NCBI GenBank assembly: GCA_963778115.1
Contig: CAVZSV010000004.1
Span: 1,728,001-1,792,000, forward strand
Origin: an uncultured delta proteobacterium
GTDB taxonomy: Bacteria; Bdellovibrionota; FAC87; UBA2466
Length of the DNA: 64,000 nt
Direction of reading: 5' to 3'
The notes under the pieces are model-generated. The model made no database searches, had not been told where the DNA came from, and was given only the letters and a program-made list of their open reading frames with translations. Made by a program: the position numbers and the translations under genes. Below, piece after piece: positions 46,301-53,761 of this stretch (positions are counted from its first letter, which is position 1; each line of letters opens with the position of its first letter).

Positions 46301-48956
46301 TCCAAGTCACGCCTTGTCGATGATGGAAAAGATTGTTCGTGACCGTGGCGTAAATAGGGAAAACAAAGAGAATCACAATCATCAATGTCCAGATGAGAGA
46401 AGAGCCCGGCAGAAAAGTCCATGCTAGAAAAAGCCAGAGGATGACGGTGGTGGGCACCATGCTTCGGCGCAAGTTGTCCCAAATTTTCCATCGGGAGATA
46501 ATTGAAAAGGGATTGGGAACCCAATCTCCTTTCGCGTTGGGAACTCGGGGTAAGAGCCACGGCGAGATCTGCCAGTCGCCACGAATCCAGCGGTGCTGCC
46601 GCTTGGAGTAAGTCTCGTAATCGAGCGGGTAGTCATCAAAGAGCTCTACGTCGGACACGAGGGCCGAGCGAGCAAAGCAGCCCTCAAAAAGATCATGGCT
46701 CAGAAGAGTATTTTGGGGAACTCTTCCTTCGAGCGACTCTTCGAAAGCATCCACGACATAAAGCCCTTTTCCGGTGTAGCTTCCCTCGCCAAAAAGGTCC
46801 TGGTACACATCGGAACAGGCGGTAGTATAGGGGTCTAGCCCCGTACTTCCCGAGAACAGACGCGCAAAGCGGCTGCGATTGGCGCTCACCAAAGCGACGC
46901 TGATACGAGGCTGCAATATCCCGTAACCCGAAGTGACCCTGCCTTTTTTACTATCGAACGAGGGGCGGTTTAGCGGGTGTAAAATAGTTCCGATTAACTT
47001 GTGTGCCGATCCTCTGGGCAGCTGCGTGTCGGAATCCAAAGTAATGACATAACGAATCTTGGATAAGAAGTGGGGATCGGCCGTAGGCTCGAGATAAGTC
47101 GTATCGGTAGCTCCCCTAATGAGGCGGTTAAATTCTTGAAGCTTTCCCCGCTTCCTCTCGACGCCCATCCATTTGCCTTCGGAGGGATTAAATTCCCGGC
47201 GCCGATGAAAAAGATAGAATCTTGGATGAGCCTCGTCCCCATACTCTTCGTTTAATTCGTCGATGCCTTTGCGCGCGATTTGCAATAGGGCCACATCTCC
47301 CGGCATCTCCTCTTGATCGCTATCGGAGAAGTCCCCTAGAAGCGCGAAATAGATATTGGGATCCTGGTTTGCCAGAAAATGGACTTGGATTTTTTCAATT
47401 AGATCGCGAACGACACTCTCCTTTGTCAGTAGTGTGGGAATCACCACCATGGTCGTAGCGTCTTGAGGAATCCCCTTTTCCGTATCCAATTTGGGCAACG
47501 GCTTGGGCTTTATTAATATGTCGATATTATGATTGAGGATGCTTAAAGCAAATTCGCTGGCGGGTACCAGTGCGAGCAGGCAGAAAAACAGTCCGGCATA
47601 GACATGCCCCTCGGCAATAGTGAAGTATTCAAACGTGGGGACCAAAAAGCAAAGAGTAAGAGTTACCAGGGACCCTAAATAAATAGAGGTCGGGTGTTGC
47701 AATAGCCAGCGGTGAAGACGATCTCTAAGCCTGGGACGATAAGAGATGCTCTTAGCGAATTCAAATCGTCCCTCGCCGATCAAGTAATAACCCACGTGAG
47801 ATCGCCTCAGGTTACCGGGCTCCCGACTTAGAGCCGCTTGGGCCGTCTCCACCACTTTCTCTACGACTTCAACCTCACTGAGTTTGGACCGTTTCGCTAA
47901 CCGCTCCACGACATGCCGGTAACGATCTCGCGTACCGAAATCCATTTTGGAATAAGCTCCCGCAGGATCCTTATTCAAAACAGGGTCGACCAAGCTGACA
48001 CTCTCTACAAACTCTCGCCAGTCGAGAGCCGATAGAAGCCGCATGCTCGAAATAATGTTCCCCACCGTCACTTGAGTGGTGGCCTGTCGGTGATGCTCCA
48101 GCTGAGTCACTTGTTGAGTTGTGGTCTTATGATGGATCTCTAGTTGCTGCTCCAGCCAGTCAAAGGCCGGCATCACGTCAGGGTCCTGATCGCGTAGTCT
48201 TTGGGTGAGTTGAACGACAAACGCCCTATCGAATTCTGTCGCGTCCCCCACCTTAGACCGCAGCAGTTTTAGCAGGCTATCGGGCTTCACATCCGAACGC
48301 ACTGCCAGTTTCAACAGAGTATCTGCTAAAGCGTCGGCCTCGGCCCGCTTCTCTCGGGCACTAACGATACTTAAAGCGAGCGGCTTTAAATGCTCCACCA
48401 GGGCTATGCGAAGGGTGATGGCGATAGCCCAAAGTTCTCCGATGGAAAGCGGCGCATTGACCTGAAAGGAACGAACGAATCGCTTTAGCGTTTCCGCGTC
48501 CAAACGGCTGTCGGTATGGGCGATAATCGCAAGAGCGATAGCATAAACGCGAGGGTAACCCGCAAGTTCACCGGAAGCCAATTTAGGGAGCTCGTCGTAG
48601 TAATCCCTCGGCAAATCCTGCTTAATCTCACGCAGTTGATCTTCAACGATGTGAAAATTATCAACAAACCACTCGGCTGCCGGAGAAACCATCTGCTTTC
48701 CACGGATGGCCTCGGTTAAACGTTGATAGGCCGAAACGAGTTGCCGCCCATTTTCCTTTAATTCCGGCAGAATAAAGCGCCCTCGTTTGGGAGTACGGGT
48801 GACACTGAGCTCTCGAGCCAAATACGACGCATATTGCTCCAGACGCTCGACACTGAAAAACTCTTCTCGGACCGAGTCTTCCCTGAGTAAGTCCGTGGAA
48901 CGCCTTAATATTTGTAAGAAATCGGCGTAATTGGGGTAGTGCTCTGCGATGGCCAT
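40338..48956 (-). CDS. ndvB: cyclic beta-1,2-glucan synthase (GT84 + glucoamylase-like + GH94)
   Basis: 2872 aa; ERKRGK, YVITLDSDT, LLSHDLFEG, RQHRWIRGDWQ, YYDLLASESR, QSGGAYGFRDQLQD, GDWNDGMN, ENGGQYTHAA, GRGGWTWYTGSASW. Confidence 0.92.
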   Translation of the reverse strand: MAIAEHYPNYADFLQILRRSTDLLREDSVREEFFSVERLEQYASYLARELSVTRTPKRGRFILPELKENGRQLVSAYQRLTEAIRGKQMVSPAAEWFVDNFHIVEDQLREIKQDLPRDYYDELPKLASGELAGYPRVYAIALAIIAHTDSRLDAETLKRFVRSFQVNAPLSIGELWAIAITLRIALVEHLKPLALSIVSAREKRAEADALADTLLKLAVRSDVKPDSLLKLLRSKVGDATEFDRAFVVQLTQRLRDQDPDVMPAFDWLEQQLEIHHKTTTQQVTQLEHHRQATTQVTVGNIISSMRLLSALDWREFVESVSLVDPVLNKDPAGAYSKMDFGTRDRYRHVVERLAKRSKLSEVEVVEKVVETAQAALSREPGNLRRSHVGYYLIGEGRFEFAKSISYRPRLRDRLHRWLLQHPTSIYLGSLVTLTLCFLVPTFEYFTIAEGHVYAGLFFCLLALVPASEFALSILNHNIDILIKPKPLPKLDTEKGIPQDATTMVVIPTLLTKESVVRDLIEKIQVHFLANQDPNIYFALLGDFSDSDQEEMPGDVALLQIARKGIDELNEEYGDEAHPRFYLFHRRREFNPSEGKWMGVERKRGKLQEFNRLIRGATDTTYLEPTADPHFLSKIRYVITLDSDTQLPRGSAHKLIGTILHPLNRPSFDSKKGRVTSGYGILQPRISVALVSANRSRFARLFSGSTGLDPYTTACSDVYQDLFGEGSYTGKGLYVVDAFEESLEGRVPQNTLLSHDLFEGCFARSALVSDVELFDDYPLDYETYSKRQHRWIRGDWQISPWLLPRVPNAKGDWVPNPFSIISRWKIWDNLRRSMVPTTVILWLFLAWTFLPGSSLIWTLMIVILFVFPIYATVTNNLFHHRQGVTWRGHVSRSWEQTTTQTQQVFLMLAFLAEQAWNQSDAIGRALYRMFISRKKMLEWVSFAEAQGNRVQPKNTNVSLRYTIGPGPVIGITFAILIALRRPEAFLVASPFLIAWIANPFLKSWIKQKARKRERPLVASEVATYRLYARRTWLFFETFVTKEENYLAPDNFQEEPRPVVAHRTSPTNIGLQLLSMGSAYDLGYIGLLELLERSERTFKTLEKLERMHGHFFNWYDTQTLEPLRPQYISTVDSGNLAGHLLAMKHCLLDLGNSLPTNSRAKQGLIDTLSLLKLEADRVARVSPTLGLNLGVVTVKQFQDATRSILEFVEVYQWDSLGGFDGFLSSLKGMLAEAEDILSALVTETSADVFRDTRVWLTAALHQSEQFQRDLSVLAPWAPDAEKNATDFRQRQLALVEKCDEIAMGMDFKFLFDEQRKIFVIGYNVADGRKDNSYYDLLASESRLASFVAIAKGDVPQEHWFRLGRQMTAVKGSRALISWTATMFEYLMPLLVMRRYSETLLDQTYLSVVARQIEYGADRGVPWGISEAGYNARDLHLIYQYGPFGVPGLGLKRGLSDDLVVSPYSTMLASVIDPLAALSNLRSLEEKGALSRYGFFESIDYTPERLQKNQKSFILRSFMSHHQGMSLVSLNNLLNGHIMQRRFHNDPLVQATQLLLQERTPLTVYLSRPRAEEVHFHGNRLSSDWKPRTFFHVDLPTPRTELLSNGNYSVMVTTAGSGYSRSGPFAVNRWREDVTRDHWGQFFYIRNRATGRIWSTGYQPTGFLPKKYEATFAEDKVEFWRRDGMTSTHTEIIVSQEDDVELRRISLTNNFTETRDFEITSFMEVVLAKPEDDVAHPAFSNLFVQTEYSPAECALLATRRRRSETEQPIWGFHGLVTEGEAIGSVQYETDRSRFLGRGRTPADAFAITEGRPLSDTVGPVLDPIFSLRLTVRIPPKETVRLVYATGVARTRDDALKLAEKYHDIHIFTREAELAWTKSRVQLRHLNIGSKEAHTFQRLAGRVIYCDSSLRPRSHVLSANTKTQSGLWAYGISGDLPIIVVRISEEKDMKMVRELLHAHEYLRLKGLAIDLVLLNEHSSSYLQQLQDELQKQIRMSGSYLLLDKPGGVFVRRSDLMPKEDITLLRTVARVDLDSEKGTLEEQLKRRPAEDELPELLVPSKTKRRTAEQTTRIPPLEFFNGLGGFTKGGRHYVTVLKDGQWTPAPWINVIANERDFGFIISESGSGYVWSVNSRENRLTPWSNDGVSDPVGEALYLRDEETAEVWSPTPLPIREKEAYVITHGQGYTQFEHASHGISTELQMFVPTDAPVKVSYLRIKNTSDVTRKVSVTYYVEWVLGVHRPISAPHVITTQDPDTGMLYARNPYNNEFKQRVAFTYLSTEIDSFTCDRKAFLGRNGSAAKPAGLGREKLSGLAGAGLDPCAVLQSKLELAPGEEREVILLLGQTVEVEEARALTRRFGRIENVLTSFKQVLASWEKILGTIEIKTPDAAMNLLVNRWLLYQTLSCRIWARSAFYQSGGAYGFRDQLQDVMAMVYTRPEIARAQILRSAGRQFVEGDVQHWWHPPTGRGVRTHFSDDLIWLPFVTSFYVNVTGDRSILSEIIPFIEAPPVDPSQDSDYREPTLSKQTATLIDHCARTLDRSLKTGTHGLPLMGTGDWNDGMNRVGAGGKGESVWVGWFLYATMKEFIPLLSDKTDSNRIETYRDHMTTLKKAIEENAWDGDWYRRAYFDDGTPLGSSSNSECRIDSIAQSWAVLSGAANPQRAVQAMDAVDEYLINRGDGLVKLFTPPFDSGSVDPGYIKGYVPGVRENGGQYTHAAIWTLMAFAALGDGDRAGELYALLNPINHSATRAGLHKYKVEPYVAAADIYGMFPHVGRGGWTWYTGSASWMYRAALESILGFTLRADRLRITPCIPKLWQGFEINYKYKSSQYLIVVTNRQDRQDIPANSGTVEVDGTLLPSSEITLVDDGKTHKVRVVL

Positions 48957-49098
48957 TCAGGGCGTAATCTAAAGCCCAACCTCATTAGATACTAGGTAAA
49001 AATTTCTCATCCGCCGTTTCCTCGTCTCTTTCACTTGGCTAACTCGACTGAAACGTCGTAGTACCAGCTGGGTTTGAGCGAAAAATAGGAGGCTGCTC

Positions 49099-49894
49099 AT
49101 GTTCGAACTAACCTCGGAACCGGTCATTATAAGTTGTGCAATAACGGGAAATAAGACGACTAGGGCCATGAATCCTAACTTACCGCTGACCCCGCTCGAA
49201 CAGGGAATCGCCGCCGCTGAGTCGGGCGAGGTCGGTTCCGCGAAGCGGTCTATGAAATTTAAAAACGAGCCCCTCAGGCAATCATAGAAGTCTCTACCCG
49301 AGGAGCTATCGAGGAAAATCGTGATATCGAACGAAGAGGCAATTGCCTCGAGCTTCGGACCGAGAGGTGCTCGCTCAATATCGGCTCGCTCAATATCGGC
49401 GATGAAGTCTTTGTAAACGAACCTCAGGATGTCATCCCGCTCACCAAGAAAATCTACGAATATGGGGCAGAGCCCGAAGTCGACGTATTCGATGTCGGAA
49501 TGCGGGAGAGTGCGCTTTATTTCAAGCAGAAGGGATTCATTCAAGGACCACTTAGAGTCCTGTTGGTCTTGGGACTATCGGGCGGAGCCACTGCCCCGGG
49601 TACTTGAATCTGATTCACATGGTCACCTTAATCCCTCCGGGGACTCACTGGACGGCGTTAGGAATCGGCCGCTTTCAACTTTCCATCGCCACCTATGCCA
49701 TCTTGATGGGTGGACATGCGCAAGGGGGACTAGAAGATACGGCCTACTACCGCAAAGCAGAGATCGCAAAATCGAACGCTCAGCTGGTGGAAAGAGTTGC
49801 TCGACTCTCCCGAGAATTAGGCAGAGGGCTCGCCACTCCCGATCAAGCTAGAAAGATGCTGGGATTAAATGCCAAGAAAACCGGATGGCTGTGA
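49099..49894 (+). pseudogene. 3-keto-5-aminohexanoate cleavage enzyme (BKACE/Kce family) pseudogene
   Basis: VIISCAITG...NPNLPLTP; SLNIGSLNIGDEVFVN; GGHAQGGLED...SNAQLVER...ATPDQAR across different frames; in-frame TAA at 49260-49262; HxH segment missing. Confidence 0.85.
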
Positions 49895-49918
49895 AATCTA
49901 AGGGCATCCTCGTTCGAC

Positions 49919-49958
49919 GGAATCGCTTCGTCGAGTCGCTTCTGCTGCTCGCAATGAC
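49919..49958. repeat. REP-like palindromic element remnant, copy 2
   Basis: GGAATCGCTTCGTCG...GCTGCTCGCAATGAC. Confidence 0.55.
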
Positions 49959-49966
49959 CAAAAAGT

Positions 49967-50989
49967 CTACCCCTCTATATTTAGCTCTTTCATCCTGCGA
50001 ATATTGTAATAGATGGGATTAGTAAGAGCGTCTGAGATAAGACCGTCCTTCCAAGCACTAGCGATCGACTCGATCGCGTCTTGGATGGTGTACTCCGGTG
50101 TGAAAGCGACTTCGCGAGCCACTTTGTCGGAGTTCACTCGATAGGAGCGGTGATCATTCGTTGGCTCGACGACTATTTGGACGGCGGGATCGTTCACGAC
50201 CGTCTTTGCCATTTGAGCGATATCCGCGACGGAGCGGTTTTCAAAACCAACATTAAAGATCTTTTGGTGGATTTGCTCTTTGGGAACTTCGAGGAACGTC
50301 GCGTACGCGCGTATCATGTCTTTGATGTTGAGATTCGGACGTAGTTGATCTCCTCCGTGCACGGTTATTTTCTTTTTCGCCAAAGCGCTTATGGTAAGAA
50401 TGTTTACAGTGAGATCCAACCGTAAACGTGGAGCGTATCCGCAAACGGTCGCAGGGCGAATAATCGACCATTCCGTCGCCCCCATATTGGCTTTCTTGAG
50501 ATCTTCTTCGCACATTAACTTAAATTTCGAGTAATCCGTTAGCGGTTCGCAAGAGGCGGCTTCCGTCACTTGAGGAATATCTTTGACTCCATAAACACTC
50601 GAGCTAGAGGCATAGATAAAACGCTTTACGCCGCAATCTCTCACTGTGGTTATCAAATCAGCAAAGCAGTCGTAATTGATCGACTTTCCTAAATGCGGCA
50701 ATAGATCGAAACTAGGATCGTTGGAGACGCAGGCCAAGTGAATGACCGCATCCTGTCCCGCAAAAGCTTTTTTGAGATCGGCGGGATTTCGAATATCACC
50801 CTTCACCTTGTGAAGCTGGGATCGATCCTTCAACTGCGGATAGACGTCATCACCGTACCAGAAGGTATCTAGTACCGTGACTTCGTAACCGCGTCCGATC
50901 AAAAAAGGAACGAGCATACTGCCGACATAACCACCGCCACCGGTAATAGCCACTTTCGGAAATTTGATATTAGCCAAGGCTCGCTCCAT
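49967..50989 (-). CDS. NAD-dependent epimerase/dehydratase (extended SDR)
   Basis: TGGGGYVG, HLACVSNDP, ASSSSVYG, YSKFK. Confidence 0.95.
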   Translation of the reverse strand: MERALANIKFPKVAITGGGGYVGSMLVPFLIGRGYEVTVLDTFWYGDDVYPQLKDRSQLHKVKGDIRNPADLKKAFAGQDAVIHLACVSNDPSFDLLPHLGKSINYDCFADLITTVRDCGVKRFIYASSSSVYGVKDIPQVTEAASCEPLTDYSKFKLMCEEDLKKANMGATEWSIIRPATVCGYAPRLRLDLTVNILTISALAKKKITVHGGDQLRPNLNIKDMIRAYATFLEVPKEQIHQKIFNVGFENRSVADIAQMAKTVVNDPAVQIVVEPTNDHRSYRVNSDKVAREVAFTPEYTIQDAIESIASAWKDGLISDALTNPIYYNIRRMKELNIEG

Positions 50990-51105
50990 TCAAGAGTAAG
51001 GGTTGAGGGGTTGAGGAATTGCGTGTCTAAATTCCTGTTTTCCTTAGTGTAACTGGAAACTTCTCAGCTTGACAATCCCCATACGCCGCTATTTTCTGGG
51101 TCGGC

Positions 51106-51735
51106 ATGCAAGACGATCCCAGATTCCATAACCAGCTTCCCGGTCCCTACTCCGGTGAAAGCCCAAATCGCTATTTCTCCGATTACTGCGACACGTTACA
51201 GGCATCACTGAAGGCAGTTTCGGCCGAAAGCATTGATGCGGCGGCCCAAGCGATGCGTGAGGTACGAAACCGAAAGGGCAGGATTTTTGCCGGAGGCAAC
51301 GGCGGGTCTGCTGCCATTTCGGAGCATTTAAGCTGTGATTGGCAAAAAGGGGTTCACCTGCGAGGTCTTCCTTGTTTGAAAGTCCATTGTCTGACCTCCA
51401 ATACCGCGCTTTTTACGGCTATCGCCAATGACTTTGGCTATGCACAAACTTTCGCCTACCAGCTTGAGCTCGCGGAACTTAATGCCGACGATTTAATCAT
51501 CTTAATTTCCTCTTCGGGAAATAGTGAAAATGTCGTTCAAGCGGCCCAGTATGCTCGGGGTAAGCAATGCAAAGTGATAGCTCTTACTGGTTTTTCAGGG
51601 GGGAAATTAAAAGAAGCGGCTGATATTTCCCTTCATGTTCCCTTTTCCAATTATGGAGTAGTGGAAGACTGCCATCAAACGCTCATGCACTGTCTCGCTC
51701 AATATCACGATCTAAAAACTCGTGAAGGGCTCTAA
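51106..51735 (+). CDS. gmhA: SIS domain phosphoheptose isomerase-like protein
   Basis: GNGGSAA, TAIANDFGY, ISSSGNSEN, EDCHQ. Confidence 0.8.
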   Translation: MQDDPRFHNQLPGPYSGESPNRYFSDYCDTLQASLKAVSAESIDAAAQAMREVRNRKGRIFAGGNGGSAAISEHLSCDWQKGVHLRGLPCLKVHCLTSNTALFTAIANDFGYAQTFAYQLELAELNADDLIILISSSGNSENVVQAAQYARGKQCKVIALTGFSGGKLKEAADISLHVPFSNYGVVEDCHQTLMHCLAQYHDLKTREGL

Positions 51736-51738
51736 GCA

Positions 51739-52719
51739 ATGAACCTGACCTTTAGTCCGCAAAGTCAGAAATCCCTTTATCAAAGCATGTTGCGTATCCG
51801 CCGAACGGAGGAGGAGATCGCCAGACGTTATAGCGAACAGCAAATGCGATGTCCTGTTCATTTGAGCATCGGCCAAGAGGCTGCAGCCGTCGGAGTCGCT
51901 TCGTGTTTGAGGCCAACGGATCTCATGGTGAGTACTCACCGCGCCCACGCGCACTATCTGGCCAAGGGCGGCAGACTCACCGGGCTTATTTCGGAACTTT
52001 ACGGAAAGGCCGATGGCTGTGCGCGGGGCCAAGGAGGATCCATGCATCTGGTGGACTGGTCCGCCGGATTTGCCGCTTCCACGTCTATCGTCGGCGGAAC
52101 TATTCCTATCGGCGTAGGTCTTGCTTTTGCGAGTCGGTTGCGAGGAGAAGATCAAGTCACCGCGATCTGCATCGGCGATGCCGCCCTCGAAGAGGGAGTC
52201 TTTCACGAAGCTGCCAATTTTGCGTCATTGCAAAAGCTGTCCGTTATTTTTGTCGTAGAGAACAACCTTTACTCTTGCTACACGTCTCTAAAAGAACGGC
52301 AGCCCCTGCGACCTCTAACCGATATCGCGCAAGGACACGGGCTTAGTCATGTCAGTAGGGACGGCAATGATTGCCAAGCCATCATGACTACTCTTTCTCC
52401 CCTGGTGGAAAAGGTCCGCAAGGGCCAAGGACCCCTCTTTCTGGAGCTAAAAACATACCGCCGTCTCGAACATTGCGGACCCAATAATGACGATCATTTA
52501 GGGTACCGCGACGTCAAAGAGACCGAACAATGGCGGGAGAAAGACCCGCTGGCGGTAGCTCGAACGCAATTAGAGGCTCAGGGTCTGTGGTCATCCCAAT
52601 TCGAACATCAGGTGGAAGAGCACGTTCGTCTTGAAGTGTTCGCTGCCTTCGACCATGCAATTAATAGCCCTTTCCCGGACCGAAAAGAGTTGGGAGCTTA
52701 TCTTTATGAGAGTCATTAG
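51739..52719 (+). CDS. ThDP-dependent dehydrogenase E1 alpha-like subunit
   Basis: HLSIGQEA, STHRAH, GQGGSMH, GDAALEEG...ENN, TYRRLEH. Confidence 0.93.
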   Translation: MNLTFSPQSQKSLYQSMLRIRRTEEEIARRYSEQQMRCPVHLSIGQEAAAVGVASCLRPTDLMVSTHRAHAHYLAKGGRLTGLISELYGKADGCARGQGGSMHLVDWSAGFAASTSIVGGTIPIGVGLAFASRLRGEDQVTAICIGDAALEEGVFHEAANFASLQKLSVIFVVENNLYSCYTSLKERQPLRPLTDIAQGHGLSHVSRDGNDCQAIMTTLSPLVEKVRKGQGPLFLELKTYRRLEHCGPNNDDHLGYRDVKETEQWREKDPLAVARTQLEAQGLWSSQFEHQVEEHVRLEVFAAFDHAINSPFPDRKELGAYLYESH

Positions 52720-53761
52720 TTTCGTAGAAGCGTTGCGCGAAGCGACCGATCAACTTCTCTCTTCGGACCGATCCATCTACGTCATCGGAGAAGGAGTTCC
52801 GGACCCTAAAGCGATCTTCGGAAGTACTTCGCGATTGAAACAGGATCACCCTGATAGGGTTTTTGACATGCCGATTTCGGAAAATGGGCTTACCGGAGTC
52901 GTGATTGGCTCTAGCCTAAACGGCATGAAGCCCATCCTAGTCCATCAAAGAATGGATTTTACCCTCTATGCTTTGGATCAAATTATAAATAATGCGGCTA
53001 AGTGGTACAGCATGTTCGGTGGCCAAAAGTCGGTACCAATAGTGGTGCGCATGATTATCGGACGCGGGTGGGGACAGGGAAACCAACATTCCCAAAATCT
53101 AGAAGCGCTCTATGCCCACATCCCGGGACTTAAAGTAGTCGTTCCTTCCAGCGCTTATGCCGCCAAAGGACTTTTAATATCAGCGGTAGAAGATACCAAT
53201 CCCGTCATCTTCATCGAACACCGTTGGCTGCACAACACCACTTCGGATGTTCCCCAAGAAATATACCGAGTCCCCATCGGAATGGCTCGCGTGGTCCAAC
53301 CGGGAACAGATCTCACGATCGTCAGCTGGTCTTACATGACTCTCGAAGTGATGAAAGCCCGGGAATTTTTAGAGGCTCAAGGAATTTCCGTCGAGGTTTT
53401 AGATATGCAATCTCTAAGGCCCATGGACTGGCCCGCCATTTTAGAGTCGGTCCGAAAAACAGGACGCCTCTTAGTCGCCAACGATGCGTGGAAATCGGGT
53501 AGCTTGGCAGGTGAAGTGATAGCCCGAGTCTGTGAAGACGAGTCGGTAACGCTAAAGACTAGGCCTCACCGCATCACCTATCCCGACTTTCCCTCGCCTT
53601 CCACCCCCGGACTCGCCAAATTCTACTACAACGGTCCGCTCGAAATTGTCCGAGCCGTAGGCCAATTGATGGGTAGATCCCTCGATCTGAGCTCGGTCAT
53701 CGAATACCAATCTCGCCGAGTTCATGACGTTCCGGATCAGAACTTTAAGGGCCCGTTTTGA
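52706..53761 (+). CDS. ThDP-dependent dehydrogenase E1 beta-like subunit
   Basis: DMPISENG, DQIINNAAK, QHSQ, PGLKVV, PVIFIEH; GGAG before ATG 52706. Confidence 0.93.
   Translation: MRVISFVEALREATDQLLSSDRSIYVIGEGVPDPKAIFGSTSRLKQDHPDRVFDMPISENGLTGVVIGSSLNGMKPILVHQRMDFTLYALDQIINNAAKWYSMFGGQKSVPIVVRMIIGRGWGQGNQHSQNLEALYAHIPGLKVVVPSSAYAAKGLLISAVEDTNPVIFIEHRWLHNTTSDVPQEIYRVPIGMARVVQPGTDLTIVSWSYMTLEVMKAREFLEAQGISVEVLDMQSLRPMDWPAILESVRKTGRLLVANDAWKSGSLAGEVIARVCEDESVTLKTRPHRITYPDFPSPSTPGLAKFYYNGPLEIVRAVGQLMGRSLDLSSVIEYQSRRVHDVPDQNFKGPF

Noticed and set aside
49369..49398. 15-nt tandem duplication GCTCGCTCAATATCG as a target-site duplication
   Set aside because: Encodes SLNIGSLNIG, which matches the native SLNxGSxNxG motif of BKACE enzymes
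48969..49544. 191-aa minus-strand ORF
   Set aside because: Antisense to the BKACE pseudogene, whose motifs are on the plus strand
51739..53761. Housekeeping pyruvate dehydrogenase pdhAB
   Set aside because: No E2 or E3 genes adjacent and the pair is embedded among sugar-nucleotide genes, so no gene symbols were assigned
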